This document shows positions 26,878 to 36,463 of a DNA stretch of 64,000 nucleotides, in pieces; within the stretch, counting starts at the first letter, position 1; every line of letters starts with the position of its first letter. A program made the position numbers and the translations under genes. The stretch lies in the IMG/VR virus record IMGVR_UViG_3300042879_004844; one strand, 5' to 3'. The notes under the pieces are model-generated. The model saw only the letters and a list, made by a program, of their open reading frames with translations, did not search any database and was not told the DNA's origin. The stretch comes from an uncultured virus (IMG/VR IMGVR_UViG_3300042879_004844). Taxonomy: Duplodnaviria > Heunggongvirae > Uroviricota > Caudoviricetes.

Positions 26878-28643
26878 CCAGAGATCACGTCGCCGTCGAC
26901 TTCGAGAGCAGCTTTTTCCCCAAGAAGAAGATCGGGCTGCGCAACATGGGTGTCGACCAGTATCTCCGGCATCCCGAGGTCGAGATCTATCTCGTGGCAG
27001 TCCACGCCGAGGAGGGCTCGTTTGTCGGTCATCCCTCAGAGTTTGACTGGGAGTCGATCAATGACCGAACCTGGGTCAGCCACAACGCCGCGTTCGATGC
27101 CCGCGTCTGGCGACGCTATCAGGAACTTCATCCAGAGGTCCAGGACATCGATCCATCGGAATGGCACTGCACCGCGAACCTGTCATGCTGGCTCGGGCAT
27201 CCCAGAGATCTCAAGAAGTCCTGCTTGGCCATGTTCAACGTCGACGTGTCAAAGGATGCCCGCAAGAAGATGGAGAACAAGACATACCGCGAGCTGCGAG
27301 TCAGTCCCGACTGGCGAGAGGTTGTCGAATATGCCGAGCGAGACGCCGAGTGGTGCTGGAAGATCTGGGAGTCCCACGCGCATCTGTGGCCAGACGCCGA
27401 GAAGAAGATCAGCCTCATGACCACCCTGCAGTGTCTGCGTGGACTTCCCGCCGACCGCGAGTATCTTGACCGGTCGATCCAGACACTCGACCGCGCCTGC
27501 TGGGAGGCCAGAAACCTCCTGCCCTGGGCCAACGGCAAGGCCGAGGAGCGCGCCGTCCTTTCTCCGATCGCCGTCGCCGAGGAGTGCCGCAAGCTCGGGA
27601 TCACTCCCCCGAAGTCGCTCGCCGAGGATTCGACCGACTGCCAGCGCTGGGAAGACGAGCATCCCGAGATCCCGTGGGTGCGCGAGATGCGCCGGTATCG
27701 CAAGGCCAATCTTCTCATGACCAAGCTCATGACGATGCGTGACCGCATCCGCCCAGACGGCCGGATTGACTTCAGTCAGAAATACTGCGGAGCCCACACC
27801 AAGCGCACCAGTGGAGACCAGGGCTTCAACGTCCAGGGATTCCAGCGAGATCCTTTCGAGGGAGTCGACATGCGCCGCGCCATCCACGCGATGCACGGCG
27901 GCCAGATCGTGATCGCCGACCTGGCACAGATCGAGCCGCGCACTCTTGCCTGGCTCGTCGACGACGAGCGCAAGATCGAGATGATCAACCGCGGCATCTC
28001 AGTCTACCAGGTCCATGCGATCCAGACGCTCAACTGGAAGGGCACCAGCCTCAAGAAGGAGGATCCCAACCTCTATGCGATGTGCAAGATGCGTGTCCTT
28101 GGTCTTTCTTACGGCTGCGGCGCCGAGCGCTTCGTCGATTACTGCTGGAACCAGTATGGCCACCGAATCTCTCTCAGAGACGCCAAGCTGCAGGTCGGCG
28201 ACTTCCGCCGCAAGGAGCGACTCATCGTGGATTTCTGGAACCGCATCCAGCGCAGGTTCGAGACGTCCGTTGGCCAGGACCTCGAGATCGACCTGCCGTC
28301 ATGGAACACGATGCGCTACCGCGACGTCCGCCGCGACAAGGGGCAGCTCACCGCCACCCTGGCGACCGGCCGGGTCAACCGCATGTGGGGAAGTCTTGGA
28401 GTGGAAAACATCATCCAGGCGACGGCCCGCGACTGCTTCTACGAGAAGCTTCTCAAGATCGAGGAGGCCGGAATCCCGACTCTCTTCGCCGTGCACGACG
28501 AGGTCGTGACCGACGAGATTCCCGCCGACCAGGTCGACGACGCCCTCGAGACCGTCAGAGAGATCATGGCCCAGGAATGTGAATGGATGCCAGGAATCGC
28601 TCTCGACTCGGAGGCCCACGCGAGTCCGCACTATCTCAAATGA
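26874..28643 (+). CDS. polA: Family A DNA polymerase with 3'-5' exonuclease
   Basis: VDFES, HNAAFD, YAERD exonuclease motifs; ADLAQIEPR (A), KMRVLGLSYG (B), VHDE (C). Confidence 0.92.
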   Translation: MTRDHVAVDFESSFFPKKKIGLRNMGVDQYLRHPEVEIYLVAVHAEEGSFVGHPSEFDWESINDRTWVSHNAAFDARVWRRYQELHPEVQDIDPSEWHCTANLSCWLGHPRDLKKSCLAMFNVDVSKDARKKMENKTYRELRVSPDWREVVEYAERDAEWCWKIWESHAHLWPDAEKKISLMTTLQCLRGLPADREYLDRSIQTLDRACWEARNLLPWANGKAEERAVLSPIAVAEECRKLGITPPKSLAEDSTDCQRWEDEHPEIPWVREMRRYRKANLLMTKLMTMRDRIRPDGRIDFSQKYCGAHTKRTSGDQGFNVQGFQRDPFEGVDMRRAIHAMHGGQIVIADLAQIEPRTLAWLVDDERKIEMINRGISVYQVHAIQTLNWKGTSLKKEDPNLYAMCKMRVLGLSYGCGAERFVDYCWNQYGHRISLRDAKLQVGDFRRKERLIVDFWNRIQRRFETSVGQDLEIDLPSWNTMRYRDVRRDKGQLTATLATGRVNRMWGSLGVENIIQATARDCFYEKLLKIEEAGIPTLFAVHDEVVTDEIPADQVDDALETVREIMAQECEWMPGIALDSEAHASPHYLK

Positions 28644-28822
28644 ACCCAAACCACAACACCAAGAAGTCACCCGACATCGATGAGGTCAACATGCGCGACG
28701 TGCTTGTCATGTTCTGCGCCGCCGGAATCCTGTCGGGCAAGATCAGCGTCAACCCAACCAAGGCCATCGATCTCGCGATCGAGGCGGCCGACCACTACCT
28801 CGAGAAGAGGGCCCAGTCATGA
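28640..28822 (+). CDS. Small phage protein
   Basis: ATGA-coupled; MRD...AAGIL...AIEAADHYLEKR pattern. Confidence 0.55.
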   Translation: MNPNHNTKKSPDIDEVNMRDVLVMFCAAGILSGKISVNPTKAIDLAIEAADHYLEKRAQS

Positions 28823-29310
28823 CCGAGCCAAGATCACTCCCAGATCCGCTGCCGCACTTCACCGTCATGGCCGTGCCCTATGATCCGATCACCCGAATGG
28901 TTGCGATGATGTGGCGCGGCGACCGCGTCCGCTCTGCCAAGAACTGCCTGTCGACCCCGGCGGGACTTCTTGAGCATGGCGAACCGTTCGAGGAGGGTCT
29001 TCTTCGTGAGCTCCGCGAGGAGATGGCGATCGAGCCAGACAACTGCTTCCGTGTCGAGTTTCAGACGATCTACCGCAATGACAATGGGGATGGTCTGGAC
29101 TGGGTGATCGGTGTATGGTCTGTCGCCGCCCGTGATCTCCAGCTCGTCGCCCGCAACGTCGAGCCCGACAAGCACGACTACCTTGTCTTCATGTCACTCG
29201 ATGATCTCGCCTCGCCCAATCCCATGCTTGACGGAAAGCCGGCGATGTTCGCGAGCTCTCTTCAGCCAGTTCTCAGGACCGTCGCCAAGCGCCTGATCCA
29301 GACCCTATGA
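28819..29310 (+). CDS. Nudix hydrolase
   Basis: Nudix box GLLEHGEPFEEGLLRELREEMAI. Confidence 0.88.
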   Translation: MTEPRSLPDPLPHFTVMAVPYDPITRMVAMMWRGDRVRSAKNCLSTPAGLLEHGEPFEEGLLRELREEMAIEPDNCFRVEFQTIYRNDNGDGLDWVIGVWSVAARDLQLVARNVEPDKHDYLVFMSLDDLASPNPMLDGKPAMFASSLQPVLRTVAKRLIQTL

Positions 29311-29993
29311 AGCGCCACCCGATCATTGTCCTTGAGGGACCCGATGCCGTCGGCAAGACGACGTGGGGACGCGAATACATGCGCCAGACCGGGGCCCGCT
29401 ACCTGCATCTTCCGCTGCGCAAGAGAATGTATGAGCATCAGGCGATGTCTCTCGCCCTGGCAGTCCACTGGTCGATCGAGAAGCCCGTCTTGATCGACAG
29501 ACACTGGCCCTCGGAGCAGCTGTATGCCGCCGCCTACCGTGGCGGGTCACCGATCTCTGCCGAGGCCGCCGTTCTCGATCGGGTCATGTCGTGTCTCGGA
29601 GTGACCTATGTCGTCTGTCTGCTCTCGAGTCCCGAACGGATGTTTGAGTCGCTGCGTCGCTCCCGCGAGGAACGTCATGAGATGTATGAGCCAGACGATC
29701 GCTACCGCGACCTGGTCTGCTGCTATTTTGACTGGTGGCACGGAACCGACCACACCACGACCAATCTCGGCCACTGCGAGACACTACGTGGATTCGGCAA
29801 CGCTCGTCCCCTGATGGCACACCTCTATGACTACGAGCAGATGGGACAGACGTCTCATGACATGTCCATGCACGTCCAGGACGTCCAGGACATTGCCTCG
29901 GCCATGCTCGAGGCGACTGACTTCAACGTGCATGCCGAGGACCTCGTGAAAGATCGCGTGCTTCTTCTCAACGAACTGAATCTCATCAAATGA
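29307..29993 (+). CDS. Thymidylate-kinase-like dNMP kinase
   Basis: IIVLEGPDAVGKTT P-loop and LIDRHWPSEQLY motif. Confidence 0.85.
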   Translation: MKRHPIIVLEGPDAVGKTTWGREYMRQTGARYLHLPLRKRMYEHQAMSLALAVHWSIEKPVLIDRHWPSEQLYAAAYRGGSPISAEAAVLDRVMSCLGVTYVVCLLSSPERMFESLRRSREERHEMYEPDDRYRDLVCCYFDWWHGTDHTTTNLGHCETLRGFGNARPLMAHLYDYEQMGQTSHDMSMHVQDVQDIASAMLEATDFNVHAEDLVKDRVLLLNELNLIK

Positions 29994-30847
29994 ACAACGA
30001 CAAGATCCCAAAGACCGCCACCGAGGCGTGGCTTCAGCTCATCGCAGACGTGTCTCTCAACGGCCGTCGATACAGTCCACGCGGCATGCCGGTCCGCGAG
30101 ATCATCAACAACACGGTGGCAGTCGACATGGCGTTTCCGGTCGTTCTGACAAAGAAGCGCCGGCTGAGCTACCGCTTCATGGCGGCCGAGGCCTGGTGGA
30201 TTCTTGCCGGCCGCCGCGACGTCGAATCGATCGGACGATACTGCTCGGCGATCAAGAAGTTTTCCGACGACGGGGAGACATTCTTTGGGGCCTACGGACC
30301 CAAGATCGCGCGGCAGGTCGAATACGTCGTGAACACGCTCAAGAGAGACCGCGACACGCGCCAGGCAGTTCTCACGATATGGAGAGAGAATCCGCCGCAC
30401 ACGAAGGACGTGCCCTGCACGGTGGCCGTCCAGTGGCTGATCCGCGACGGGCTGCTCCACTGCATCGACACGATGCGTTCAAGTGACGTCTGGCTCGGGT
30501 TTCCGTATGATGTCTTCAACTTCTCGATGCTGTCGTGGCACATTCTCGAGGCGCTGCGCGACGAGGGCATGGACCTCCAGCTCGGCACCCTGCATCTCAA
30601 CGCCGGATCTCATCACATCTACGAGAAGGATCTCGAGACCCTTTCCGGCTGGCACAACCACGACTGGTCAGAGGGACATGACTTTGATGCCGTCGCTGGT
30701 CATCGAATTGAGCGCGGCTTTGTCCACGGCTACCTTGCCGCGATCATCGGCGAGTATTCCGTCACCCCGAATCTCAACGAGCCTCATGGATTTTTTAAGT
30801 CCTTTGAGGATCGTCTCCTGAACACAAACAACCAACCCACAAAATAA
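29990..30847 (+). CDS. Thymidylate synthase homologue, dCMP (hydroxy)methylase-type
   Basis: GAYGP, DRDTRQA, catalytic PCT, MRSSDVWLGFPYD and HIYE motifs; Asp at the ThyA Asn177 position. Confidence 0.85.
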   Translation: MNNDKIPKTATEAWLQLIADVSLNGRRYSPRGMPVREIINNTVAVDMAFPVVLTKKRRLSYRFMAAEAWWILAGRRDVESIGRYCSAIKKFSDDGETFFGAYGPKIARQVEYVVNTLKRDRDTRQAVLTIWRENPPHTKDVPCTVAVQWLIRDGLLHCIDTMRSSDVWLGFPYDVFNFSMLSWHILEALRDEGMDLQLGTLHLNAGSHHIYEKDLETLSGWHNHDWSEGHDFDAVAGHRIERGFVHGYLAAIIGEYSVTPNLNEPHGFFKSFEDRLLNTNNQPTK

Positions 30848-30853
30848 AACGTC

Positions 30854-31711
30854 ATGGCAAACAAAAGAGGAAAAACCGTAGACACGACATTCTTGTCGCT
30901 CGACACCGCCGAGAAACGCGGATTCTTGCATCGCGACTACATCGCCCACTGTCTGAGATGGAGCCACATCATGCGCCGCCTGTCAGAGGGCAAGGCCTAT
31001 GCCGAGGCGACCATTCTCGACGTCGGCTGCGGCCGTGAACTCCCGATGGCAAAGACGCTCTACAGCTCTCGCTACATCCCGAAGCGCTACATTGGGATCG
31101 ACGTCGGGCCGATCCTCGACGAGGCGATCGAGGTGTTCCACTCGGGCAAGTTTCCGCTCGAGGCATACGAGAAGACCGACATCTGCGACGCGACCGACGA
31201 GTTTGCCAACCAGGTCGACATCATCGTGTGTCTCGAGGTCCTTGAACACGTCGAACCGGAGCACATGCTCCGCATGCTTGACTCGTTCAGAGAGATGCTG
31301 AAAAAGGACGGGCGCGCCTTCATCTCGACTCCCTGCTGGGACGTCAAGACCTGTGCCGACAACCACGTCAACGAGATGCGTCACGAGACTCTCGGGGCCG
31401 TCTTCGAGCGCGAGGGCTGGATGATCCAGGCCGTCCACGGGACATTCGCCTCGATCAAGGACTACAAGGAAGAATTCACGCCGGCCCAGCGCGAGATCTT
31501 CGAGCGTCTTCGCGGCTACTACGACACCAACTACCTGGCCACGATCTTTGCCCCGATGTTCCCGCGGCAGTCCCGCAACTGCATCTGGGAGATCGTCGAT
31601 TCTGGGAAGAATCCCGAGCTCGTGGAGTCCTATGAGTGTCAGTATCCCGAGATCACGGAGGTTCCGGAGCCCTGGGGGTCGTCAGAAAACTGGAAAGAAC
31701 TCGCTCGGTGA
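30854..31711 (+). CDS. Class I SAM-dependent methyltransferase
   Basis: ILDVGCG, YIGID, CLEVLEHV and ISTP motifs. Confidence 0.85.
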   Translation: MANKRGKTVDTTFLSLDTAEKRGFLHRDYIAHCLRWSHIMRRLSEGKAYAEATILDVGCGRELPMAKTLYSSRYIPKRYIGIDVGPILDEAIEVFHSGKFPLEAYEKTDICDATDEFANQVDIIVCLEVLEHVEPEHMLRMLDSFREMLKKDGRAFISTPCWDVKTCADNHVNEMRHETLGAVFEREGWMIQAVHGTFASIKDYKEEFTPAQREIFERLRGYYDTNYLATIFAPMFPRQSRNCIWEIVDSGKNPELVESYECQYPEITEVPEPWGSSENWKELAR

Positions 31712-31759
31712 AGTCGACATTTCACAGCGACAGCCAGCCAACCTACAATCGAGCACGTC

Positions 31760-32245
31760 ATGAGCCTCGCCCACACCACCGTCATCTTCCTGCAGAACCC
31801 ATGGTTTCCGCCTGAGACAGACCCCGCGATTCTGCAGTCCTACATGCACGACGTCCAGTTCCGCCGCGAACTTCTCGCGACGACGATGACCGGACGTCGC
31901 CTTCTTGGCCTGTTCGGCCCGATGTTTCACGACATCTGGTGGGACAACGCGCATCCTCAGCCCCTGCTCGGCGACCACCGGGCCGCCGGAGATCCCGACC
32001 ACGAGCACATGCTGCGAGTCATTCTCGAGCAGCGCCCGAAGACCATCGGGGTTCTCGGAAGGCGCGCGGCCGCGGGCATTGACCGGCTTCGACAGGAGAT
32101 GCCGCTGTTTTTCTGGGATGACCAGTTTCTGGGAGCCCGCATCGTGGAAGCCCGGCATCCCAATGCCATGGGCTGCACCACCGAGGAACTCGAGAAGTTC
32201 AGCAACATTGTCATCAACCGCGCCATCGGCTGTGTCGGCGTATGA
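31760..32245 (+). CDS. Uracil-DNA-glycosylase-superfamily-like protein
   Basis: IFLQNP, TGRRL, RPKTIGVLGRRA and RHPNA motifs in UDG order. Confidence 0.6.
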   Translation: MSLAHTTVIFLQNPWFPPETDPAILQSYMHDVQFRRELLATTMTGRRLLGLFGPMFHDIWWDNAHPQPLLGDHRAAGDPDHEHMLRVILEQRPKTIGVLGRRAAAGIDRLRQEMPLFFWDDQFLGARIVEARHPNAMGCTTEELEKFSNIVINRAIGCVGV

Positions 32246-34356
32246 AGTTCCCGTGCATCACGAATCTCGTCACGCAGGACGTGGAGATGCTCAGGCCCTG
32301 GGAGTTTGTTTCCGAGGTGCCCAAGTTCAAGACCAAGCGACTCTACAAGGAATGGCTCGCGCAGGACACGACCGAGCACTGCCTCTATTGCGGCTTCACG
32401 GGGCTCATCCCGAGCCTGCGGCTGCACAAGGACGCAAATCCGGTCCATTCCATCCACGCCCTGGTGGCCGACTACGATTCCGAGATTGACATCTCTGACC
32501 TCGAGTCGATGCTGGGCAGGTGCGATGCCACTCCGCCGACCTGGGCCCACAGGACACCATCCGGGGGAGCCAGACTGGTGTGGATTCTGGACCGCCCGGT
32601 TCTTGTCGCGTCGGGATCTGTCCTGATCAAGACGCTCAGGGCGGCGGCCAAGTCGCTCGACCTGCGTGGCCTCCTGCCCGGCTTCGACTTCGACTCGGCC
32701 TTTCTCAACCCGACCATCTACTACGACGTCGGCCGCGACTGGATGGAGATCGATGGGGCGCCGCCCCTCGATGCCGCGGTCGTCGAGGGCTGGATGCTGA
32801 AGTCATCCGAGTCAGTCAAGTGGACCGGCGACTCGATCCCGCTCGACGTTCTCGAGAACGAGCTCCATCAGCGCTTTCCCGGTCGCTGGAACGGACCCTT
32901 TGTCGAGGGATCTCGAGGAGTGCGGTTCTGGGACCCGATGGCAGACAACCCGACTGCCGCGATCGTCAGGCCAACCGGGATGCAGTGCTTCACCGGCTCG
33001 TCTGGCTTCGTGCCGTGGTCGAAGATCTTCGGAAGTCGCTTCGTTGAGCAGTTCACGTCGAGCAGGCTCAGCGAGGTGATCGACGGAGTCTGGTATGACG
33101 GCAAGAACTACTGGTATCAGTCGGCCGACGGCAAGTGGGAGGCGCGTGCCGAGAGGGAGATGGGTCGCTGGCTCAAGGTCGAGCAGGGGCTGGCCGCCGA
33201 GAAAGAAAAGAACGCGACCTTCTCAGAAGTCGAGCACGCGCTCTTCACGGTCGACCAGCACAGGCGCGTCGTGGGAGCGGCCCCGTTCGTCTACCTGCCG
33301 CCGGGCATGATCGAGTTCATGGGCAAGCGAGTCCTCAACACGGCCAGGGTCATGCCGCTCAGGCCGGCCGAATCGGTCGCCGACTGGGGAGACCGCTTTC
33401 CGTGGCTCAGTGGATTTCTTGAGAAGTTCTTTGACAACGACGAGCAGCTGCTCTATTTTCTGTCGTGGCTCAAGAGGTTCTACTGCTCGGCGCTCGACGG
33501 GGCCCCGAAGCAGGGACAGGCCCTGTTCATCGCCGGTGAGCCCGGGCAGGGCAAGACCCTGCTGTCCAACAGGATCGTCTCTGGTCTGGTCGGAGGTCAC
33601 CAGGACGCGACCCAGTTTCTTCTGGGAGCATCCTCGTTCAACAAGGAGCTGTTCCATCACGGCCTGTGGTCAGTCGACGACGCGACGCCCGGCGACAGCT
33701 CGGCAGACCACAAGAAGTTCTCGAGCCTGCTCAAGAAGGTCACGGCCAACACGACCTTTGAATACCATGCCAAGTTCCAGGATTCGGTCATGGTCGAGTG
33801 GACTGGCCGCGTGATCATCACCGGAAACCTCGACGCCGAGTCGCTCCGCATCCTGCCTGATCTCGACACGTCGATCCTTGACAAGATCATGCTCTTCAGG
33901 GCCGCCACCGTCGACAAGATGTTTCCAGAGAGGCACGTCCTCCAGGACACGATCATCCGAGAACTTCCCTATCTCGCCGCGTGGCTGGTCGAGTTTGACG
34001 TGCCAGAGGAATGCATCTCAGAACAGGCGCGATACGGAATCAGGGGATACCACCATCCAGAACTTCGGCTCGCGGCCGGCGAGAGCACGGACGCGGCGGT
34101 GCTCGACGAGGTGCTGTCGGCCTTCATGCTCGAGAGATCTCGCAACGGCGAGAATGAGGCGTGGTCTGGAACCGCGACAGCTCTCATGCAGGACATCTTC
34201 CTCTATGACAGCCTGCGCAACATCGTCGGCCGCAACTCGGCGAGGTGGTTCGGCATCCAGCTCGGCAAGCTCGAGGCCCAGGGCCGCGGGGTGGTCTCGA
34301 TCCGAGTCGGCGGCAAGAAGTCCTACACGATCTTCCCCGAGGGGGCCAAAAAGTAG
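32242..34356 (+). CDS. Primase-helicase
   Basis: N-terminal VADYD and TPSGGARLVW primase-like motifs; C-terminal SF3-like GEPGQGKT, VDD and ITGN. Confidence 0.8.
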   Translation: MKFPCITNLVTQDVEMLRPWEFVSEVPKFKTKRLYKEWLAQDTTEHCLYCGFTGLIPSLRLHKDANPVHSIHALVADYDSEIDISDLESMLGRCDATPPTWAHRTPSGGARLVWILDRPVLVASGSVLIKTLRAAAKSLDLRGLLPGFDFDSAFLNPTIYYDVGRDWMEIDGAPPLDAAVVEGWMLKSSESVKWTGDSIPLDVLENELHQRFPGRWNGPFVEGSRGVRFWDPMADNPTAAIVRPTGMQCFTGSSGFVPWSKIFGSRFVEQFTSSRLSEVIDGVWYDGKNYWYQSADGKWEARAEREMGRWLKVEQGLAAEKEKNATFSEVEHALFTVDQHRRVVGAAPFVYLPPGMIEFMGKRVLNTARVMPLRPAESVADWGDRFPWLSGFLEKFFDNDEQLLYFLSWLKRFYCSALDGAPKQGQALFIAGEPGQGKTLLSNRIVSGLVGGHQDATQFLLGASSFNKELFHHGLWSVDDATPGDSSADHKKFSSLLKKVTANTTFEYHAKFQDSVMVEWTGRVIITGNLDAESLRILPDLDTSILDKIMLFRAATVDKMFPERHVLQDTIIRELPYLAAWLVEFDVPEECISEQARYGIRGYHHPELRLAAGESTDAAVLDEVLSAFMLERSRNGENEAWSGTATALMQDIFLYDSLRNIVGRNSARWFGIQLGKLEAQGRGVVSIRVGGKKSYTIFPEGAKK

Positions 34357-34403
34357 CCCTCCGAGGGCCCCGAAAAAAAGTTGAAAAAAGTTTCATTCTG
34401 GGG

Positions 34404-34445
34404 TTTACACGTGCCTGGCAGCCAGCTATATTATCCCTCGTTATG
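34404..34445 (+). promoter_or_regulatory. Early promoter, short-leader family
   Basis: A-tracts, TTTACA-N17-TATATT-N10-ATG; spacer contains TGGCAGCCAGC. Confidence 0.75.
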
Positions 34446-35297
34446 AGCAATACTGCAAACACAACTACGGCCCAGGTCCTCCTGGGAGAACTGAACGACA
34501 CCCGCCTCCGTGAGCTCGCCCCGGCGATCTTCGCGAAGAAACCCGCCCCTGACGTCTCCGAGCGCTACACGTTCGTGAGCACGTCCGAGGTCCTCCCGGT
34601 CCTGCGCGACCACGGCTTCGTGCCGGTCAATGCGCGCCAGCGCCGCGAGGCCGGGATCACCGGACAGCACCGCGTGGAGCTGTTTCACCGCAACCACCTC
34701 GAGAAGCTGCAGTCGGGCAAGATGGAGTCCGCCCCGCGCGTCATCCTCGAGAACAGCCACGACCGCACGCGCCGTCTGTCTGCCATGGCCGGTTTCTACC
34801 GCCTGGTCTGCAGCAACGGCATGGTCGTCGCCTCGGGCATGGCCTCGAGCTTCGTCGCGACCCACGTGTCGCTCGATTCCGAGGCCGTCCGCTCGATGAT
34901 CGCCAACATGGCCAAGCTGCTCGATGAGTCCGAGGGCCGCGTCGAGGCCTTCCGCGAGCGGAGGCTGAACAAGATCGAGCAGAGCATGTATGCCAAGTTC
35001 GCGATCGAGGCCCGCTACAAGGGCTATGCCGACATGCCCATCGAGGCCAAGGACGTTCTCGTCGCCCGCCGCGACGTCGACAAGCACGACGACCTCTGGA
35101 CCGTGTTCAACCGCGTCCAGGAGAACGTCATCAAGGGCGGCATCGAGACTCGCCTGGGTCGTCGCAGCCGCGGGGTCACGTCCTTCCACATGGACACCCT
35201 CGTCAACCGCCGCCTCTGGGCCGGTGCCGAGGCCCTGCTCGCCGGCGGGACCCACGGCCTCCAGAAGTTCCGCAAGGAGATGCTGGCCGCCGAATAA
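34443..35297 (+). CDS. DUF932-family protein
   Basis: Start MSNTANT; SERYTFVST, ENSHD, GFYRLVCSNGMV and LWTVFNRVQEN motifs. Confidence 0.85.
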   Translation: MSNTANTTTAQVLLGELNDTRLRELAPAIFAKKPAPDVSERYTFVSTSEVLPVLRDHGFVPVNARQRREAGITGQHRVELFHRNHLEKLQSGKMESAPRVILENSHDRTRRLSAMAGFYRLVCSNGMVVASGMASSFVATHVSLDSEAVRSMIANMAKLLDESEGRVEAFRERRLNKIEQSMYAKFAIEARYKGYADMPIEAKDVLVARRDVDKHDDLWTVFNRVQENVIKGGIETRLGRRSRGVTSFHMDTLVNRRLWAGAEALLAGGTHGLQKFRKEMLAAE

Positions 35298-35316
35298 TCC
35301 ACGAAAACCTCAGCCA

Positions 35317-35348
35317 AGGGGGCCCTCCGGGGCCCCCTATTTTTTTTT
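35317..35348 (+). terminator. Rho-independent terminator
   Basis: AGGGGGCCC-TCCG-GGGCCCCCT hairpin followed by a long T-run. Confidence 0.85.
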
Positions 35349-35368
35349 CATTTTTTTGCTTTTTGGGG

Positions 35369-35409
35369 TTTACTTGGCTGCCAGCCATGGTAGACTAGGT
35401 CCTGTCATG
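35369..35409 (+). promoter_or_regulatory. Early promoter, short-leader family
   Basis: TTTACT-N16-TAGACT-N10-ATG; spacer begins TGGCTGCCAGCC. Confidence 0.75.
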
Positions 35410-36129
35410 AACACATCCAACATCATCGAAAAAATCCGCAACCTCTTCAAGATGGCCGATCCCTCGAGCGGGGCCACGGCCAACGAGATGGAGGTCGCTC
35501 TCCGCAAGGCACGCGAGCTGATGACGCGCCACGGCATCGAACAGATGCAGGTGGGCGAGGCACGCGAGGCCGAGACCATCAACAAGGTGTCCGTCAACAC
35601 CGGCCGCAAGAAGCGCGACGAGGATCGCTGGATCCCCGCCGTCATCCACCAGGTCTTCGACGTCAAGGTCGTCTACTCGGCGCAGTGGGACTCGACCGTC
35701 GGCCGCTCTGGCGGCTACCGGCACGTCTACATCTTCGTCGGGGAGTCGCTCGACATCGAGGCCGCCCGCATGGCGCTGCCGCTCGTCTATGACGCGATGA
35801 AGAACGGCCTCAACCACCACCTCAAGATGACTGGCAAGTCGTGGAACACGACGACGGCCAACTCGTTCTTCCGCGGAGTCGCTGATGGATTCATCAACGA
35901 GTCGACCCATGGCCGCCAGGCCGCGATGCGCCGCTTCAAGAAGGAGGAGCAGGACCGCTTCGCGATCGTGATCGCCGACAAGAAGAAACGCATCAAGGAC
36001 TGGGTCGACCAGAACATGGACCTCCGCTCGAGTCGCAGCCGCAGCCGCGCGAGCCATGACGCCGGCGCCCACGAGCACGGCAAGCAGGTCGGGGCCTCGA
36101 TCGACTTCACCTCCAAGATCGCCGCCTGA
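35407..36129 (+). CDS. DUF2786-domain protein
   Basis: Start MNTSNIIEKIRNLFKMA...NEMEVALRKARELMTRHGI; SFFRG motif. Confidence 0.8.
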   Translation: MNTSNIIEKIRNLFKMADPSSGATANEMEVALRKARELMTRHGIEQMQVGEAREAETINKVSVNTGRKKRDEDRWIPAVIHQVFDVKVVYSAQWDSTVGRSGGYRHVYIFVGESLDIEAARMALPLVYDAMKNGLNHHLKMTGKSWNTTTANSFFRGVADGFINESTHGRQAAMRRFKKEEQDRFAIVIADKKKRIKDWVDQNMDLRSSRSRSRASHDAGAHEHGKQVGASIDFTSKIAA

Positions 36130-36131
36130 CC

Positions 36132-36332
36132 ATGACCGCCCTCCGCGTCATCAACTCGGTCGAGCCCCTGCTCGAGGCCCACGTCAAGATGGCCCGCCGC
36201 CACGGATTCGAAGAAATTCGGATCCCGGTCGGCCGGGCGGTCTCGGTCATGAACGAACTGCGCCGTCTGAAAGAGACCATCCGCCGCGAACAGCGACCGC
36301 GTCCCTTCATGCGCGACATCCACCCCGTCTGA
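36132..36332 (+). CDS. Hypothetical protein
   Basis: 66-aa ORF in the operon. Confidence 0.55.
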   Translation: MTALRVINSVEPLLEAHVKMARRHGFEEIRIPVGRAVSVMNELRRLKETIRREQRPRPFMRDIHPV

Positions 36333-36334
36333 TC

Positions 36335-36463
36335 ATGGACCCCGACATTCTCATCATCCTGCGGGCGTTCATCCAGATCGCCTGGAACTTCTGGCCAGCC
36401 CTGGTGTTCATTGCACTGGGGCTGGCCGTGGTCCTGGCCTGGGAACGGGCAGACCGAGACTAG
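36335..36463 (+). CDS. 42-aa membrane peptide
   Basis: MDPDILIILRAFIQIAWNFWPALVFIALGLAVVLAWERADRD; stop overlaps the convergent giant gene. Confidence 0.5.
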   Translation: MDPDILIILRAFIQIAWNFWPALVFIALGLAVVLAWERADRD

